A DNA stretch of 64,000 nucleotides from Deferribacteres bacterium (GCA_020633675.1 JACKDE010000003.1:580542-644541); one strand, 5' to 3'; positions 18,623 through 29,520 are shown, counted from the first letter of the stretch. The notes: generated by a model from the sequence alone, not told the origin. A program made the numbers and translations.

Positions 18623-20308
18623 ATGCGAAGCGATGTCATCAAAAAGGGATTTGAGCGCGCGCCACACAGAAGCTTGCTAAAAGCGACCGGAGTGAAAGAT
18701 GATGATTTCGATAAGCCGTTTATCGGCATCTGCAATTCCTTCATCGAGATCATTCCCGGCCACGTTCACTTGCAGGAACTCGGCAAAATTGTGAAAGAGG
18801 CTGTGCGTCAGGCCGGTGGCGTGCCTTTTGAATTCAATACCATCGGCGTGGATGACGGCATTGCCATGGGGCACGTCGGCATGAAATACTCGCTGCCCAG
18901 CCGCGAGCTGATCGCCGATTCGCTCGAAACGGTCGCCAATGCCCATCAGCTCGATGGCCTGATCTGTATCCCGAACTGCGACAAAATCGTGCCGGGCATG
19001 ATCATGGGCGCCCTCCGGGTGAATATTCCTACCGTCTTTGTGTCCGGCGGGCCGATGGCGGCTGGCAGAACCAAAGACGGCCGCGTCGTCGATTTGATCT
19101 CCGTTTTCGAAGGAGTTGGCGCTTACAAGTCGGGCAAAATCGATGATGCGGAACTCAAAGAGCTCGAAGACAATGGTTGCCCGACCTGCGGATCGTGTTC
19201 CGGGATGTTCACCGCCAATTCCATGAACTGCTTGATGGAAGCGATCGGATTGGCTCTCCCCGGTAACGGCTCCTACCTCGCCACTTCCCGGGAACGCAGA
19301 AAATTACTCCACGAAGCAGCCCAACTCATCATTCAACATATCAAATCTGACCTCAAACCCCGTGACATTGTTACTCCCCACGCAATCGACAATGCCTTTG
19401 CTTTGGACATGGCGATGGGCGGCAGCACCAACACGGTTTTGCATACCTTGGCGATTGCCTACGAAGCCGGCATCGACTACCCGTTGCAGCGCTTGAACGA
19501 AGTTTCGGCACAGGTGCCGCAAATCTGCAAAGTTTCACCAGCATCGAACTGGCATCTCGAAGATGTCGACCGCGCCGGCGGCATCAGTGCAATTTTAAAA
19601 GAAATCAGTCAGAAGCCGAATGTCTTGCATCTCGATCAGCCGACGGTGACCGGAAAAACGCTGGCTGAAAACATCGCCAAAGCGGAAGTGCAGGATCGCG
19701 AGGTGATTTTGCCGGTATCGCAACCGCATAGCGAACGCGGCGGCCTGGCCGTGCTGTTCGGCAACCTCGCGCCGGAAGGTGCTGTCGTCAAAACCGGCGC
19801 TGTCAATCCGAACATGCTGGTGCATCGCGGCCCGGCTGTGATTTTTGAGTCGATGGAAGCAGCCTGTGCGGGCATTCTCGACGGCAAGGTCAAATCTGGC
19901 GATGTCGTCGTGATCCGCTACGAAGGCCCGAAAGGTGGGCCGGGTATGCAGGAAATGCTGGCGCCAACCGCCAATATCATGGGAATGGGACTCGGATCGA
20001 GTGTCGCCCTGATCACAGATGGACGCTTTTCCGGAGGGACGCGCGGCGCCTGTATCGGTCACGTCTCCCCTGAGGCAGCGGCAGGCGGACCGATCGCCCT
20101 GATCGAGGCCGGAGATACCATATCAATCGACATCCCGAATTGCTCGCTGGAGCTTGAAGTGAGCGATGACATACTCAAACAAAGAAGACAGAAGTGGTCC
20201 CCACCAAAGCCGAAATTCGTGCGTGGGTGGCTCGCCCGGTATGCTGCAATGGTGACATCCGCCAATACCGGCGCAATTCTTCAGGTCGAACAGCCCAAAA
20301 ACATGTGA
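18623..20308 (+). CDS. ilvD: Dihydroxy-acid dehydratase
   Basis: 561 aa beginning [19 protein letters not shown]......KPFIGI.NS, with CDK..PG and the Fe-S Cys motifs. SD ggagg. Confidence 0.95.
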   Translation: MRSDVIKKGFERAPHRSLLKATGVKDDDFDKPFIGICNSFIEIIPGHVHLQELGKIVKEAVRQAGGVPFEFNTIGVDDGIAMGHVGMKYSLPSRELIADSLETVANAHQLDGLICIPNCDKIVPGMIMGALRVNIPTVFVSGGPMAAGRTKDGRVVDLISVFEGVGAYKSGKIDDAELKELEDNGCPTCGSCSGMFTANSMNCLMEAIGLALPGNGSYLATSRERRKLLHEAAQLIIQHIKSDLKPRDIVTPHAIDNAFALDMAMGGSTNTVLHTLAIAYEAGIDYPLQRLNEVSAQVPQICKVSPASNWHLEDVDRAGGISAILKEISQKPNVLHLDQPTVTGKTLAENIAKAEVQDREVILPVSQPHSERGGLAVLFGNLAPEGAVVKTGAVNPNMLVHRGPAVIFESMEAACAGILDGKVKSGDVVVIRYEGPKGGPGMQEMLAPTANIMGMGLGSSVALITDGRFSGGTRGACIGHVSPEAAAGGPIALIEAGDTISIDIPNCSLELEVSDDILKQRRQKWSPPKPKFVRGWLARYAAMVTSANTGAILQVEQPKNM

Positions 20309-20317
20309 GGAGAACAT

Positions 20318-22063
20318 ATGTTGAGTGTTGCAAAAGCAAAAACCTTCGAAGCCGATCAAACCGGTAATCAGCCCCTACCCGAACTCAGCGGCGCCGAAAT
20401 CTTCGTTCAATCCCTTGTTCAGCAAGGAGTCGAAACGGTTTTCGGATACCCCGGCGGAGTGGTATTGAGCGTTTACGATACATTGTTCAAGACCAAAAAC
20501 ATTAATCATTTCCTGGTTCGGCACGAACAGGGCGGCACGCATGCGGCTGACGGCTATGCGCGTGCAACCGGCAAGCCCGGCGTTGTGCTCGCGACTTCCG
20601 GTCCGGGCGCCACCAACACGGTTACCGGCATCGCCACGGCCTTTATGGACAGTATTCCTCTGGTGATTTTTACCGGCCAGGTGCCGCTCAACCTCATCGG
20701 CAATGACGCCTTTCAGGAAGCTGACATTCTTGGAATCACCCGCCCGATCACCAAGCATAGTTATCTTGTGCGCGATGTTTCCGAGCTCGCAGACACAATC
20801 AGCAAAGCATTTCATATCGCGGTTAGCGGCCGGCCCGGACCAGTGCTTGTCGATATCCCAAAAGATGTCTTGCTGGCGAAAGCACCATACAACAGTAAGC
20901 GACGCGTAAAGCTCGCGGGCTACAAGCCGATGACCAAGGGCAGCTATCGGCAAATCATGAAGGCTGTTGAGATGATTGGCGAATCCAGGCGACCGGTTAT
21001 TTACGCAGGCGGAGGTGTGATGCATAGCAATGCCGCTGCCGAATTACGGGAGTTTGCCCAAAAACTCGGTGCGCCGGTCACAACCACCTTGCTGGGACTC
21101 GGTGCCTATCCCGAAAGCGACGACCTCTCCCTCGGCATGCTCGGCATGCACGGTACATGGTATGCAAACATGGCCGTAAGCGAAAGTGACCTGTTGATTG
21201 CGATCGGCGCCCGTTTCGATGACCGGGTCACTGGCCGCATAGCGGATTTTGCCAAGAATGCCCAAAAAATCCACATCGACATCGATCCGGCTTCCATCAG
21301 CAAAAATGTTGAAATCGATTTGCCGATTGTTGGTGATGTCAAGCATGTGCTCAGTGATCTGATTCCGCATGTAAATGCTTGTGATTCAAAAAGCTGGTTG
21401 GCGGAGATTAAAAAATGGAAGGCCGATCATCCGCTGCGTTACGAAACGAACGGTCCCATCCTCAAGCCTCAGCAAGTCATTCAGGCAGTATCCGAGGTCA
21501 CAAAAGGTCAGGCAATTGTTGCTTCAGATGTTGGTCAGCACCAAATGTGGACAGCACAATACTATCAATTTTCCGAACCGCGCAGCCACCTTTCCTCCGG
21601 CGGCCTGGGCACCATGGGCTATGGCTTCCCCGCAGCGATGGGCGCAGCAGTTGGCAGACCCGACCGGACGGCTGTTGCAATCGTCGGCGATGGCGGCTTC
21701 CAGATGACCGCTATGGAGCTGGCGACTGCTGTTCACTATAAAATCCCTGTTAAGATTGTCATTCTCAACAATGGTTACCTCGGTATGGTGCGCCAATGGC
21801 AGGAATTATTTTTCGAGAAACGCTACTCCCATTCGGATCTGGATGCCAGCAATCCGGACTTTGTAAAAATGGCAGAATGCTACGGTGCGATCGGTTACCG
21901 CGCGCACAACAGTGCCGAGCTTGACGAAGCGCTGAAAAAAATGATGGCAGAGCAGGAACTGCCAGTGTTGGTCGACGCCATTGTTGATCGCGAAGAAAAT
22001 GTGTATCCAATGGTGCCGGCAGGTGCGGCGATTTATGAAATGATAGAAGAGGATGCGAAATGA
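20318..22063 (+). CDS. ilvB: Acetolactate synthase (acetohydroxyacid synthase) large subunit
   Basis: ThDP enzyme pattern: G.E....L...GV...FGYPGG, GPGATN, and GLGTMG.G.PAA.GA...P......I.GDG.F.M. Confidence 0.95.
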   Translation: MLSVAKAKTFEADQTGNQPLPELSGAEIFVQSLVQQGVETVFGYPGGVVLSVYDTLFKTKNINHFLVRHEQGGTHAADGYARATGKPGVVLATSGPGATNTVTGIATAFMDSIPLVIFTGQVPLNLIGNDAFQEADILGITRPITKHSYLVRDVSELADTISKAFHIAVSGRPGPVLVDIPKDVLLAKAPYNSKRRVKLAGYKPMTKGSYRQIMKAVEMIGESRRPVIYAGGGVMHSNAAAELREFAQKLGAPVTTTLLGLGAYPESDDLSLGMLGMHGTWYANMAVSESDLLIAIGARFDDRVTGRIADFAKNAQKIHIDIDPASISKNVEIDLPIVGDVKHVLSDLIPHVNACDSKSWLAEIKKWKADHPLRYETNGPILKPQQVIQAVSEVTKGQAIVASDVGQHQMWTAQYYQFSEPRSHLSSGGLGTMGYGFPAAMGAAVGRPDRTAVAIVGDGGFQMTAMELATAVHYKIPVKIVILNNGYLGMVRQWQELFFEKRYSHSDLDASNPDFVKMAECYGAIGYRAHNSAELDEALKKMMAEQELPVLVDAIVDREENVYPMVPAGAAIYEMIEEDAK

Positions 22064-22548
22064 AGCACACCATTTCTTTGCTGGTCGAAAACAAATCGGA
22101 TGCCTTGCAGCGCATTGCCGGGCTCTTCAGCGGCCGCGGCTTTAATATCGACACGATTTCTGTTGGCCGGGCAGAAGATCCGAGCCATGTGCGTATGACC
22201 ATCGTCACCCATGGCGAAGACCGGATTATCGAACAGATTACCAAACAACTCCACAAACTGATCGATGTGGTCAAGGTTGTGGATTTGACCGACATGAGTT
22301 TCGTGAACAGGGAACTGGCGCTGATTAAAGTAAGTGCTGCAGAAGATGTGCGCGCAGAAATTTTGCAGATTGTCGAGGTTTTTCGCGGCAAAATCATCGA
22401 TATCAGTCCGAAGACCTTGACGGTCGAGGCGACCGGCAGCGAAGACAAAGTCGACGCCATCATCAGCATGCTGCGTCCCTATGGCTTGAAAGAAGTCGCC
22501 CGCACCGGCCGTGTGGCGCTCAAGCGCGAATTCCAGGGCGAAACATGA
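22060..22548 (+). CDS. ilvN: Acetolactate synthase small (regulatory, ACT-domain) subunit
   Basis: MKHTISLLVENK.GAL.RI.GLFS.RGFNI.S..VG..ED...SRMTIV is the IlvH/IlvN signature. Its start overlaps the ilvB stop (ATGA). Confidence 0.92.
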   Translation: MKHTISLLVENKSDALQRIAGLFSGRGFNIDTISVGRAEDPSHVRMTIVTHGEDRIIEQITKQLHKLIDVVKVVDLTDMSFVNRELALIKVSAAEDVRAEILQIVEVFRGKIIDISPKTLTVEATGSEDKVDAIISMLRPYGLKEVARTGRVALKREFQGET

Positions 22549-22788
22549 TGTGAATGGCCACTTGGTGATGATTATACCAGGGAAGGACTGTTGGAGTATT
22601 ATGCGATCCTTCGCAGCGCAGGTTGCTCTTGGCTGCTGGTTCTTGGCAATTCGCTAATAGCGACAGGATCTGCCGACGGCCAATGGCAAAGCGCCAATAG
22701 CCAACAACCAACGGCAGGCTTAAAATCAATCCGGATTCTTTGAAATAGGGAAACAAGTACAGGACACGACTTTTGCAAATACGATAAA

Positions 22789-22817
22789 TTGACAAATCAA
22801 TACGTTCCACATACCAT
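22789..22817 (+). promoter_or_regulatory. Possible internal sigma70-like promoter ahead of ilvC
   Basis: TTGACA (22789-22794), a 17-nt spacer, then TACCAT (22812-22817), 28 nt upstream of the ilvC ATG. Same architecture as the promoter at 18146. Confidence 0.3.
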
Positions 22818-22844
22818 CCAAACTCGAAGCAGGGAGAAGCATTC

Positions 22845-23831
22845 ATGCAAATCTATTATCAAAAAGACGTCAACAAGAACGCGTTGCAGGATAAAAAAAT
22901 TGCCATTCTGGGTTACGGCAGCCAGGGGCACGCGCACGCAAACAACCTCAAGGAGAGCGGCTATTCAGTCATTGTTGGCCTGCACGCTGGCAGCAAGTCA
23001 CGCGCTGCCGCGGAGCAGGCAGGCTTTCGCGTTATCGATGTTGAATCTGCCGCAAAAGAAGCAGATGTCATTGTATTCTTGACACCGGATCAAACGCAAA
23101 AACAAATCTACACAGAGCAGGTTTTCCCGCATTTGGGTGCTGGAAAAACCATCGTGTTTGCGCATGGCTTCAACATTCACTATGGCCAGATCAGCCCGCC
23201 TGCGGAAGTTGACGTGTGGATGGTGGCGCCGAAGGGCCCGGGCCACCTGGTTCGGCGCGTTTATACGCAGGGCGGCGGTGTGCCTTGTCTGCTGGCGATA
23301 TATCAGGACGCTTCCGGATCGGCCAAAGATGCTGCACTGGCGTATGCTGACGGACTGGGTGGCACCCGCGCTGGCGTGATCGAAACATCATTCGCCGAAG
23401 AAACCGAAACCGATTTGTTCGGTGAACAGGCTGTGCTGTGCGGAGGCGTTTCTGAGCTGGTAAAAGCCGGGTTCGAAACACTCACCAATGCCGGCTATCA
23501 ACCGGAGATCGCCTATTTTGAATGTTTGCACGAACTCAAGTTGATCGTCGACCTGTTTTATGAAAGCGGCATCGAAGGCATGTACTACTCGGTATCCGAA
23601 ACAGCAGAATACGGTGGCCTGACGCGTGGCTCCAAAATCATTACCGATGAAACAAAAGCTGCCATGAAGCAGATGCTGCAGGATGTACAGGAAGGCCGTT
23701 TTGCACATGAGTGGATCCTCGAAAACCAGGCAGAGCAGCCAATTTTGAATGCGAAACGCCGTCAACTCTCGAACCACCCGATCGAAAAAGTAGGGAAACG
23801 ACTACGTGAGCTCATGAGCTGGATCAAATAG
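22845..23831 (+). CDS. ilvC: Ketol-acid reductoisomerase (class I)
   Basis: [19 protein letters not shown], then [11 protein letters not shown] and EYGG motifs. 328 aa. Confidence 0.95.
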   Translation: MQIYYQKDVNKNALQDKKIAILGYGSQGHAHANNLKESGYSVIVGLHAGSKSRAAAEQAGFRVIDVESAAKEADVIVFLTPDQTQKQIYTEQVFPHLGAGKTIVFAHGFNIHYGQISPPAEVDVWMVAPKGPGHLVRRVYTQGGGVPCLLAIYQDASGSAKDAALAYADGLGGTRAGVIETSFAEETETDLFGEQAVLCGGVSELVKAGFETLTNAGYQPEIAYFECLHELKLIVDLFYESGIEGMYYSVSETAEYGGLTRGSKIITDETKAAMKQMLQDVQEGRFAHEWILENQAEQPILNAKRRQLSNHPIEKVGKRLRELMSWIK

Positions 23832-23914
23832 CAATCGACGGAAATGAGGCTGATCAAGACGACAATCACGTTTCTCACACTTTTCACTATTCAGGTTCAT
23901 GGGAGAAGGGCAAA

Positions 23915-25102
23915 ATGAAAAAGAACGTGCTCATATTTGACACCACTTTGCGAGACGGAGAACAGTCGCCCGGCTGTAGTATGGACATCGAACAGAAGAT
24001 TCGTATGGCACACCAGCTCGAACGACTTGGGGTGGATATCATAGAAGCGGGCTTCCCAATTGCTTCCGACGGAGATTTTCGGGCAGTGCAGGCTGTCGCC
24101 CAAGCAATCAAATCATCGTCAGTTGCCGCGCTATGCCGGGCAAAATTCCCGGATATCGAGTGTGCCTGGGAGGCGATCAAAGACGCCGACAATCCACGCA
24201 TCCACACATTCATCGCCACCAGCAAGCTGCACATGGAGTACAAGCTGCGGATGACGCCCGGGCAGGTGCTGAAAGCCATTACAGAGTGCGTGTCCTTTGC
24301 CAAGCAATTCACAGAAAATGTCGAATTTTCAGCAGAGGATGCCAGCCGCAGTGATCTCGACTTCATAGTCGAAGTCACAAAAGTCGCTATTCAGGCAGGT
24401 GCGACGACCGTGAATCTGCCGGATACGGTGGGGTATGCCACACCGAGCGAATATGGGCGCATGTTTGCAGAAGTGAGACGCCAGCTGCCCGATAGCCGCC
24501 GTATCCACCTCAGCGCGCACACGCACAACGACCTTGGGCTGGCGGTGGCGAACTCACTGAGTGCCATCGAAAATGGCGCCGATCAGGTTGAGTGCACGAT
24601 CAATGGCATCGGCGAGCGAGCAGGCAATGCAGCGCTTGAAGAAATTGTCATGGCGCTCAACACCAGGCCGAATATCTACAAGGCAAAGACCAACCTGAAC
24701 ACCCAGCAACTCATCGCCACCAGCCAGCTGCTGACGGAAATCACCGGCGTGACCGTGCAGCCCAACAAGGCCATCGTCGGCAAAAACGCCTTCGCCCATG
24801 AAGCGGGGATACACCAGCACGGCGTGCTCAACAATACCCTGACCTACGAAATCATCACACCCGAATCTGTCGGAGCTGCAGGCAACCAGCTTGTCATCGG
24901 CAAACACAGCGGACGGCATGCCCTGCATTTCCGCTGCCGGAATCTGGGATACTCGCTCAGCGACGACGAACTGGAGAATGTCTACAAACAAGCTATTCAC
25001 CTGGCAGATGCGAAAAAAGAAATCCTGGACGATGATCTGCGCACCATCGTCGCCGGCATGAAAAGCGAGTTCAAAAACGGCTACAGTCCGAATACAATTT
25101 AG
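23915..25102 (+). CDS. leuA: 2-isopropylmalate synthase-family enzyme, short form lacking the C-terminal LeuA regulatory domain (LeuA, or possibly a citramalate synthase)
   Basis: IFDTTLRDGEQSPG, HTHNDLGLAVANSLSA and AHEAGIHQ are DRE-TIM aldolase motifs. The ORF ends at 395 aa and leuC starts 16 nt later, so there is no room for the roughly 120-aa allosteric domain. Confidence 0.8.
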   Translation: MKKNVLIFDTTLRDGEQSPGCSMDIEQKIRMAHQLERLGVDIIEAGFPIASDGDFRAVQAVAQAIKSSSVAALCRAKFPDIECAWEAIKDADNPRIHTFIATSKLHMEYKLRMTPGQVLKAITECVSFAKQFTENVEFSAEDASRSDLDFIVEVTKVAIQAGATTVNLPDTVGYATPSEYGRMFAEVRRQLPDSRRIHLSAHTHNDLGLAVANSLSAIENGADQVECTINGIGERAGNAALEEIVMALNTRPNIYKAKTNLNTQQLIATSQLLTEITGVTVQPNKAIVGKNAFAHEAGIHQHGVLNNTLTYEIITPESVGAAGNQLVIGKHSGRHALHFRCRNLGYSLSDDELENVYKQAIHLADAKKEILDDDLRTIVAGMKSEFKNGYSPNTI

Positions 25103-25117
25103 AGGGATACCAACCAA

Positions 25118-26416
25118 ATGGGAATGACCATAACCGAAAAAATCCTGGCAAAGCATTCCGGTGGCGCTTCTGTTTCGCCGGGCGAGAATATCTGGATCGA
25201 CGTGGACGTGCTGATGACACACGATGTCTGCGGACCGCCTGCATTTGCCATCTTTAAAAAGCAGTTTGGCGAACATGCAAAAGTCTGGGATCCGGAAAAA
25301 GTTGTCATTATCCCGGATCACTATATTTTCACCGCCGACAAGCACGCCAATCGCAACGTGCAACTATTGCGGGATATCGTGGCGGAGCAGAAACTACCGC
25401 ATTTTTACGACGTCGGCACCGAGCGTTACAAAGGCGTTTGTCATGTCGCGTTACCGGAAGAAGGCTGGACGCGCCCTGGTGAAGTGCTGTTCGGCACCGA
25501 TAGCCACACCTGCACGGCTGGCGCTTTTGGCCAATTTGCCACAGGGGTTGGCAACACCGACGCAGCCTTCATCCTCGGTACCGGCAAAATTTGGGTAAAA
25601 GTTCCCGAGACCATGCGATTCGTTATCGATGGCGAAATCCCGCCTTACCTCATGGGAAAAGACCTCATTTTGCAGATCATCGGTGACATCTGCGTCGATG
25701 GTGCAGCCTACCGGACAATGGAATTTGCCGGTACCGCCATCGAAGCGATGAGCATGGAAGAGCGCATGACGCTGTGCAACATGGTGATCGAAGCTGGCGG
25801 CAAAAATGGCGTCATTGCAGCCGACGCGACCACCGAGGCGTTTGTGCAAGCCCGCACCAATGCCGGTTATGAAATTTTTCACAATGACCAGGATGCAGGG
25901 TTTCACAGCGTATATCACTACCAGGCCGAGGATTTGCAGCCGATGGTGGCCAGGCCGCACTCGCCGGACAACAAAGCAGGTGTGCGTGAGCTAAAAGATG
26001 TCAAAGTCAACCGTGCCTACATCGGCTCTTGCACTGGAGGAAAATTTTCAGATTTTCTCGCTGCTGCGGAAATATTGAAGGATCATCCGGTCAAAATGGA
26101 CACCTTTGTCGTTCCGGCAACGACCGAGGTCAGCAACCAATTGCGCGAGACCAATATTAACGGCAGATCTTTGTGGCAGATTTTTGAGGATGCTGGCGCT
26201 CAAATCGGCCAGCCTTCCTGTGCAGCCTGCCTGGGTGGCCCGGATGATACGTTCGGTCGCTTGAATGCCGACGAGGTCTGTGTCTCCACAACCAACAGAA
26301 ATTTTCCGGGCAGAATGGGATCGAAATCAGCACAAGTCTACCTGGCTTCGCCCTACACGGTGGCCGCCACCGCAGCGACAGGCAGAATGACGGATCCGAG
26401 GGAATTTTTTGCATAA
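25118..26416 (+). CDS. leuC: 3-isopropylmalate dehydratase large subunit (short, archaeal/HacA-like type)
   Basis: MT..EKIL.KH, DSHT...GA.G.FA.G.G and GSCTGG aconitase-family motifs. 432 aa. Confidence 0.9.
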   Translation: MGMTITEKILAKHSGGASVSPGENIWIDVDVLMTHDVCGPPAFAIFKKQFGEHAKVWDPEKVVIIPDHYIFTADKHANRNVQLLRDIVAEQKLPHFYDVGTERYKGVCHVALPEEGWTRPGEVLFGTDSHTCTAGAFGQFATGVGNTDAAFILGTGKIWVKVPETMRFVIDGEIPPYLMGKDLILQIIGDICVDGAAYRTMEFAGTAIEAMSMEERMTLCNMVIEAGGKNGVIAADATTEAFVQARTNAGYEIFHNDQDAGFHSVYHYQAEDLQPMVARPHSPDNKAGVRELKDVKVNRAYIGSCTGGKFSDFLAAAEILKDHPVKMDTFVVPATTEVSNQLRETNINGRSLWQIFEDAGAQIGQPSCAACLGGPDDTFGRLNADEVCVSTTNRNFPGRMGSKSAQVYLASPYTVAATAATGRMTDPREFFA

Positions 26417-26435
26417 TGATGAACAGGAGCGCCTT

Positions 26436-26999
26436 ATGGAAACAATAAAGCAGGGCAAAGTGTTTGTTCTGGGTGATGATATCGATACGGATCAGATCAT
26501 TCCGGCTGCACATTTGGTGTACAGCCTCGATCATCCGGACGAAAAAAGAAAGTATGGCGAATTTGCGCTATCCGGTGTGCCGATCGACAAAAGTGGCTTG
26601 CCGGATGGCAACATTCCTTTTGTTGCAAGCGGTCAGTCAGAAAGTCCCTATGCAATCATTGTTGCCGGGAAAAACTTCGGTTGCGGATCATCGCGGGAGC
26701 ATGCGCCTGCTGCGCTGCAAATTGCCGGTGTCCAGGCTGTTGTCGCGCCGACCTACGCGCGAATCTTTTATCGCAATGCCGTGGATGGCGGATTTGTGAT
26801 TCCGGTAGAATCGCAAGCGTCACTGGTCGAACATTTTCAAACGGGTGATAAGGCCGAAATCAATCTCACGGACTACTTTATTCGCAATCAACGAACCGGG
26901 GAAACGTTCCCGGTCAAAAAATTAGGGCAGGTCGAAAATATAATTGAAGCTGGTGGCATTTTTGCCTATGCGAGACAAGCTGGAATGATAGGAGAATAA
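26436..26999 (+). CDS. leuD: 3-isopropylmalate dehydratase small subunit
   Basis: G.V.V.GD.IDTDQIIPA and GKNFGCGSSREHAP.AL motifs. The SD aggag precedes the ATG at 26436, so the TTG at 26409 is probably an over-extension. Confidence 0.9.
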   Translation: METIKQGKVFVLGDDIDTDQIIPAAHLVYSLDHPDEKRKYGEFALSGVPIDKSGLPDGNIPFVASGQSESPYAIIVAGKNFGCGSSREHAPAALQIAGVQAVVAPTYARIFYRNAVDGGFVIPVESQASLVEHFQTGDKAEINLTDYFIRNQRTGETFPVKKLGQVENIIEAGGIFAYARQAGMIGE

Positions 27000-27001
27000 A
27001 C

Positions 27002-28108
27002 ATGCACAAAAAAGAGCGGATCGTGATTCTGGCGGGAGATGGCATTGGGCCGGAGGTGATGGCACAGGGCATCAAGCTGCTGAACAAGCTTGAAGAATAC
27101 ATCGAGATCGGCTTTGATTTAGATGAGCATTTGGTCGGTGGCGCGGCTCTGAAAGCGTACGGTGTACCGCTCAAGCCGGAAACGCTGGAAAGCTGCAAGC
27201 AAGCCAGTGCTGTTCTGCTCGGCGCAGTCGGATCGCCGGAATTCGATGACAATCCACCTGACCTCCGTCCTGAGCGAGCGTTGCTCGATTTGCGTGCTGG
27301 TCTCGGTTGTTTTTGCAACCTGCGCCCGATTCATCTCTACAAAGCCTTGATCGATTCATCGACGTTGAAAAGAGAAGTGATCGCAGACATCGATTTGCTG
27401 GTTGTACGCGAACTGACCGGTGGACTCTATTTCGGGAAGCCCGCAGGCTTCGAAACAGCAAACGGCGAGCGCACAGCAGTGAATACCATGACCTATAGCG
27501 AAGCAGAGATTCAGCGCATTGCCCGCAAAGCTTTCGAATTCGCGCGATTGCGTCGAAGAAAAGTCACTTCGGTCGACAAGGCAAATGTGCTCGCCGTTTC
27601 ACAGCTTTGGCGAAGCGTCGTCGAAGATGTCGCAAAGGAATTCCCGGATGTTCAGCTCGAACACATGCTGGTCGATAACTGTGCCATGCAGCTGATTCGC
27701 AATCCGCGGCAATTCGATGTCATTCTCACAGAAAATATGTTCGGCGACATACTCAGCGATGAGGCCAGTATGCTCCCCGGTTCGATCGGCTTGCTTCCAT
27801 CCGCGAGTCTGGGAGATGGTACACCAATCTACGAACCTGTGCATGGCTCGGCGCCGGATATCGCTGGCAAAGGTTTGGCAAATCCCATCGCTTTGCTCAA
27901 TTCCATCGCGATGATGTTCCGATACACGTTCAGCCGCCCGTTGGTTGCGCTCGCGATCGAAGAAGCCATCTCGACCATTCTGTTGCGCGGCTATCACACC
28001 GCCGACATGAAGCTGGAAGGTGGCAAACAAGTCGGTTCGGAAGAGATCGGCGACTTGATCATCAGCGAAATCATACAAGAGTATTCCAGGCCGTTTATGA
28101 CCGCTTGA
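27002..28108 (+). CDS. leuB: 3-isopropylmalate dehydrogenase
   Basis: I..L.GDGIGPEV, the NMFGDILSDEASML.GS.G..PSASL signature, and HGSAPDIAGKG.ANP. Confidence 0.95.
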   Translation: MHKKERIVILAGDGIGPEVMAQGIKLLNKLEEYIEIGFDLDEHLVGGAALKAYGVPLKPETLESCKQASAVLLGAVGSPEFDDNPPDLRPERALLDLRAGLGCFCNLRPIHLYKALIDSSTLKREVIADIDLLVVRELTGGLYFGKPAGFETANGERTAVNTMTYSEAEIQRIARKAFEFARLRRRKVTSVDKANVLAVSQLWRSVVEDVAKEFPDVQLEHMLVDNCAMQLIRNPRQFDVILTENMFGDILSDEASMLPGSIGLLPSASLGDGTPIYEPVHGSAPDIAGKGLANPIALLNSIAMMFRYTFSRPLVALAIEEAISTILLRGYHTADMKLEGGKQVGSEEIGDLIISEIIQEYSRPFMTA

Positions 28109-28314
28109 ATCTGGTTTCTGCAAAGCTTCCGAATTTGGACGCATGTTTGTTCCAAGTTGCATCGTTTGATCGATGAAAATTGGCATGGTACATCAAAAGC
28201 TGGTGGATAGCCAAGCCAACTTTGAGCTGGAACCAGCTCCTTGAGCCAGTCGTACAATGGACTGTCAATAGCTAACAACATGCCGCTCGAATGTGTAGCT
28301 CAATGGAGGTTTCG

Positions 28315-29001
28315 ATGAAAAAAATTGCGACTGTTTTTGGCGCTGCTTTCCTTCTTTTTGCCAGCAGTGTTTTTGCCCAAATCGGCGCATTGCCGAGGCC
28401 ATCGGAAATGGTGCGTGCTGGTGCGATGCAGGCCAGTGGTCAGCACCACCCGCTCAATGCCATTCAGGCCATGCACAAAGGCAATTTTTTTGGCTTCACC
28501 GGCGGTGTTACCAGCTTTGGGCCAGGCAGCCATTTTAGTAAAAGCTGGCTGCAACGAGACGGCCTCCACACTCAGCTCAATGCACAATTCATCTCGGTAC
28601 AGGATGAAAATCCCTATACCGGCAACAGTCTGTATGGCCCGAACAGCAGCTACACTGGCAATGTCATGCTGTTGCCGATTTTCTTTGGCGTGCGGCGTGA
28701 TTTGGCTTACGAGCAGTTTAAAGAAGCTGCCCTGCCCTATCTCGAAGCCGGCGTCGGGCCTGTGCTTGGCTTCAATTTTCCGTACGGCCGCGGCTTTTTC
28801 GGCCAATTCAGCCATGCCACCACTGCACTGACTGCCGGTGCGTTCATCGGTACCGGCATGGATTACAGCATGGGGCCGAAAACGGTCGGGACCCTCAATG
28901 TCCGCTATAATTTCATCCGCTTTCCCGGCGAGCTGGCAGGCCGCAACGACTACAGCAATTTGTCGATTTCGTTTGGTGTCTTTCGCGCGCTCGGCAGGTA
29001 A
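28315..29001 (+). CDS. Hypothetical secreted or outer-membrane protein (beta-barrel-like)
   Basis: Signal peptide MKKIATVFGAAFLLFASSVFAQ follows SD ggagg. The sequence is Gly/aromatic-rich with alternating patterning and a C-terminal aromatic segment (ISFGVFRALGR). Confidence 0.5.
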   Translation: MKKIATVFGAAFLLFASSVFAQIGALPRPSEMVRAGAMQASGQHHPLNAIQAMHKGNFFGFTGGVTSFGPGSHFSKSWLQRDGLHTQLNAQFISVQDENPYTGNSLYGPNSSYTGNVMLLPIFFGVRRDLAYEQFKEAALPYLEAGVGPVLGFNFPYGRGFFGQFSHATTALTAGAFIGTGMDYSMGPKTVGTLNVRYNFIRFPGELAGRNDYSNLSISFGVFRALGR

Positions 29002-29265
29002 AGATTTCCAAATTTTATCACTTCAGACCGCAGTGAAATATGCTGCCGGCCTGAAGTGATGCACTCTCGCGATGGCGACACTCCCTCCTGTTTTTCCTCA
29101 GTATGTCAGCGCAAAAGCCGAACCTGCGTAGAGATTCGGCATGTGGCGCTTGATTTCAGCAATAAAAATAGTCACTATGCTTCATCAATCCGCAATGCAT
29201 GTTATTTGTGAGTGTTGAAATCCCCGAAAAATCGAATCGCTTAAAGACAGGATTCACTGCGCGTT

Positions 29266-29520
29266 ATGGATAGCAAATCGCTGAACGGATTTCTGTTTTT
29301 GATTTTACTGGCTGTTGTGCTGCTTCTGCTCGCAGGCAAAATCGATTTCAATTCGCTGTTGCCAGCCAATGTGGCGAAATCAACCTTGCGCTGGCGGCTC
29401 GGCTGGATTTTCCTGGGTGGAGCAGTGGCTTTTGTGATTGTGTGGGGCAAAAAGATGCCTGCTGACAAGGCGATGTGGTGGGCAGCGGCGTGCGCCGTGT
29501 TGGCGTATCTTTTCCTGTAA
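29266..29520 (+). CDS. Hypothetical small membrane protein
   Basis: 84 aa with three hydrophobic segments and a weak RBS. No family was recognised. Confidence 0.3.
   Translation: MDSKSLNGFLFLILLAVVLLLLAGKIDFNSLLPANVAKSTLRWRLGWIFLGGAVAFVIVWGKKMPADKAMWWAAACAVLAYLFL

Noticed and set aside
22520-22846. A 108-aa minus-strand ORF filling the ilvN-ilvC spacer.
   Set aside because: It is antisense within an operon, has no RBS, and its sequence is repeat-derived (GCCAAT units). I treat the region as non-coding.
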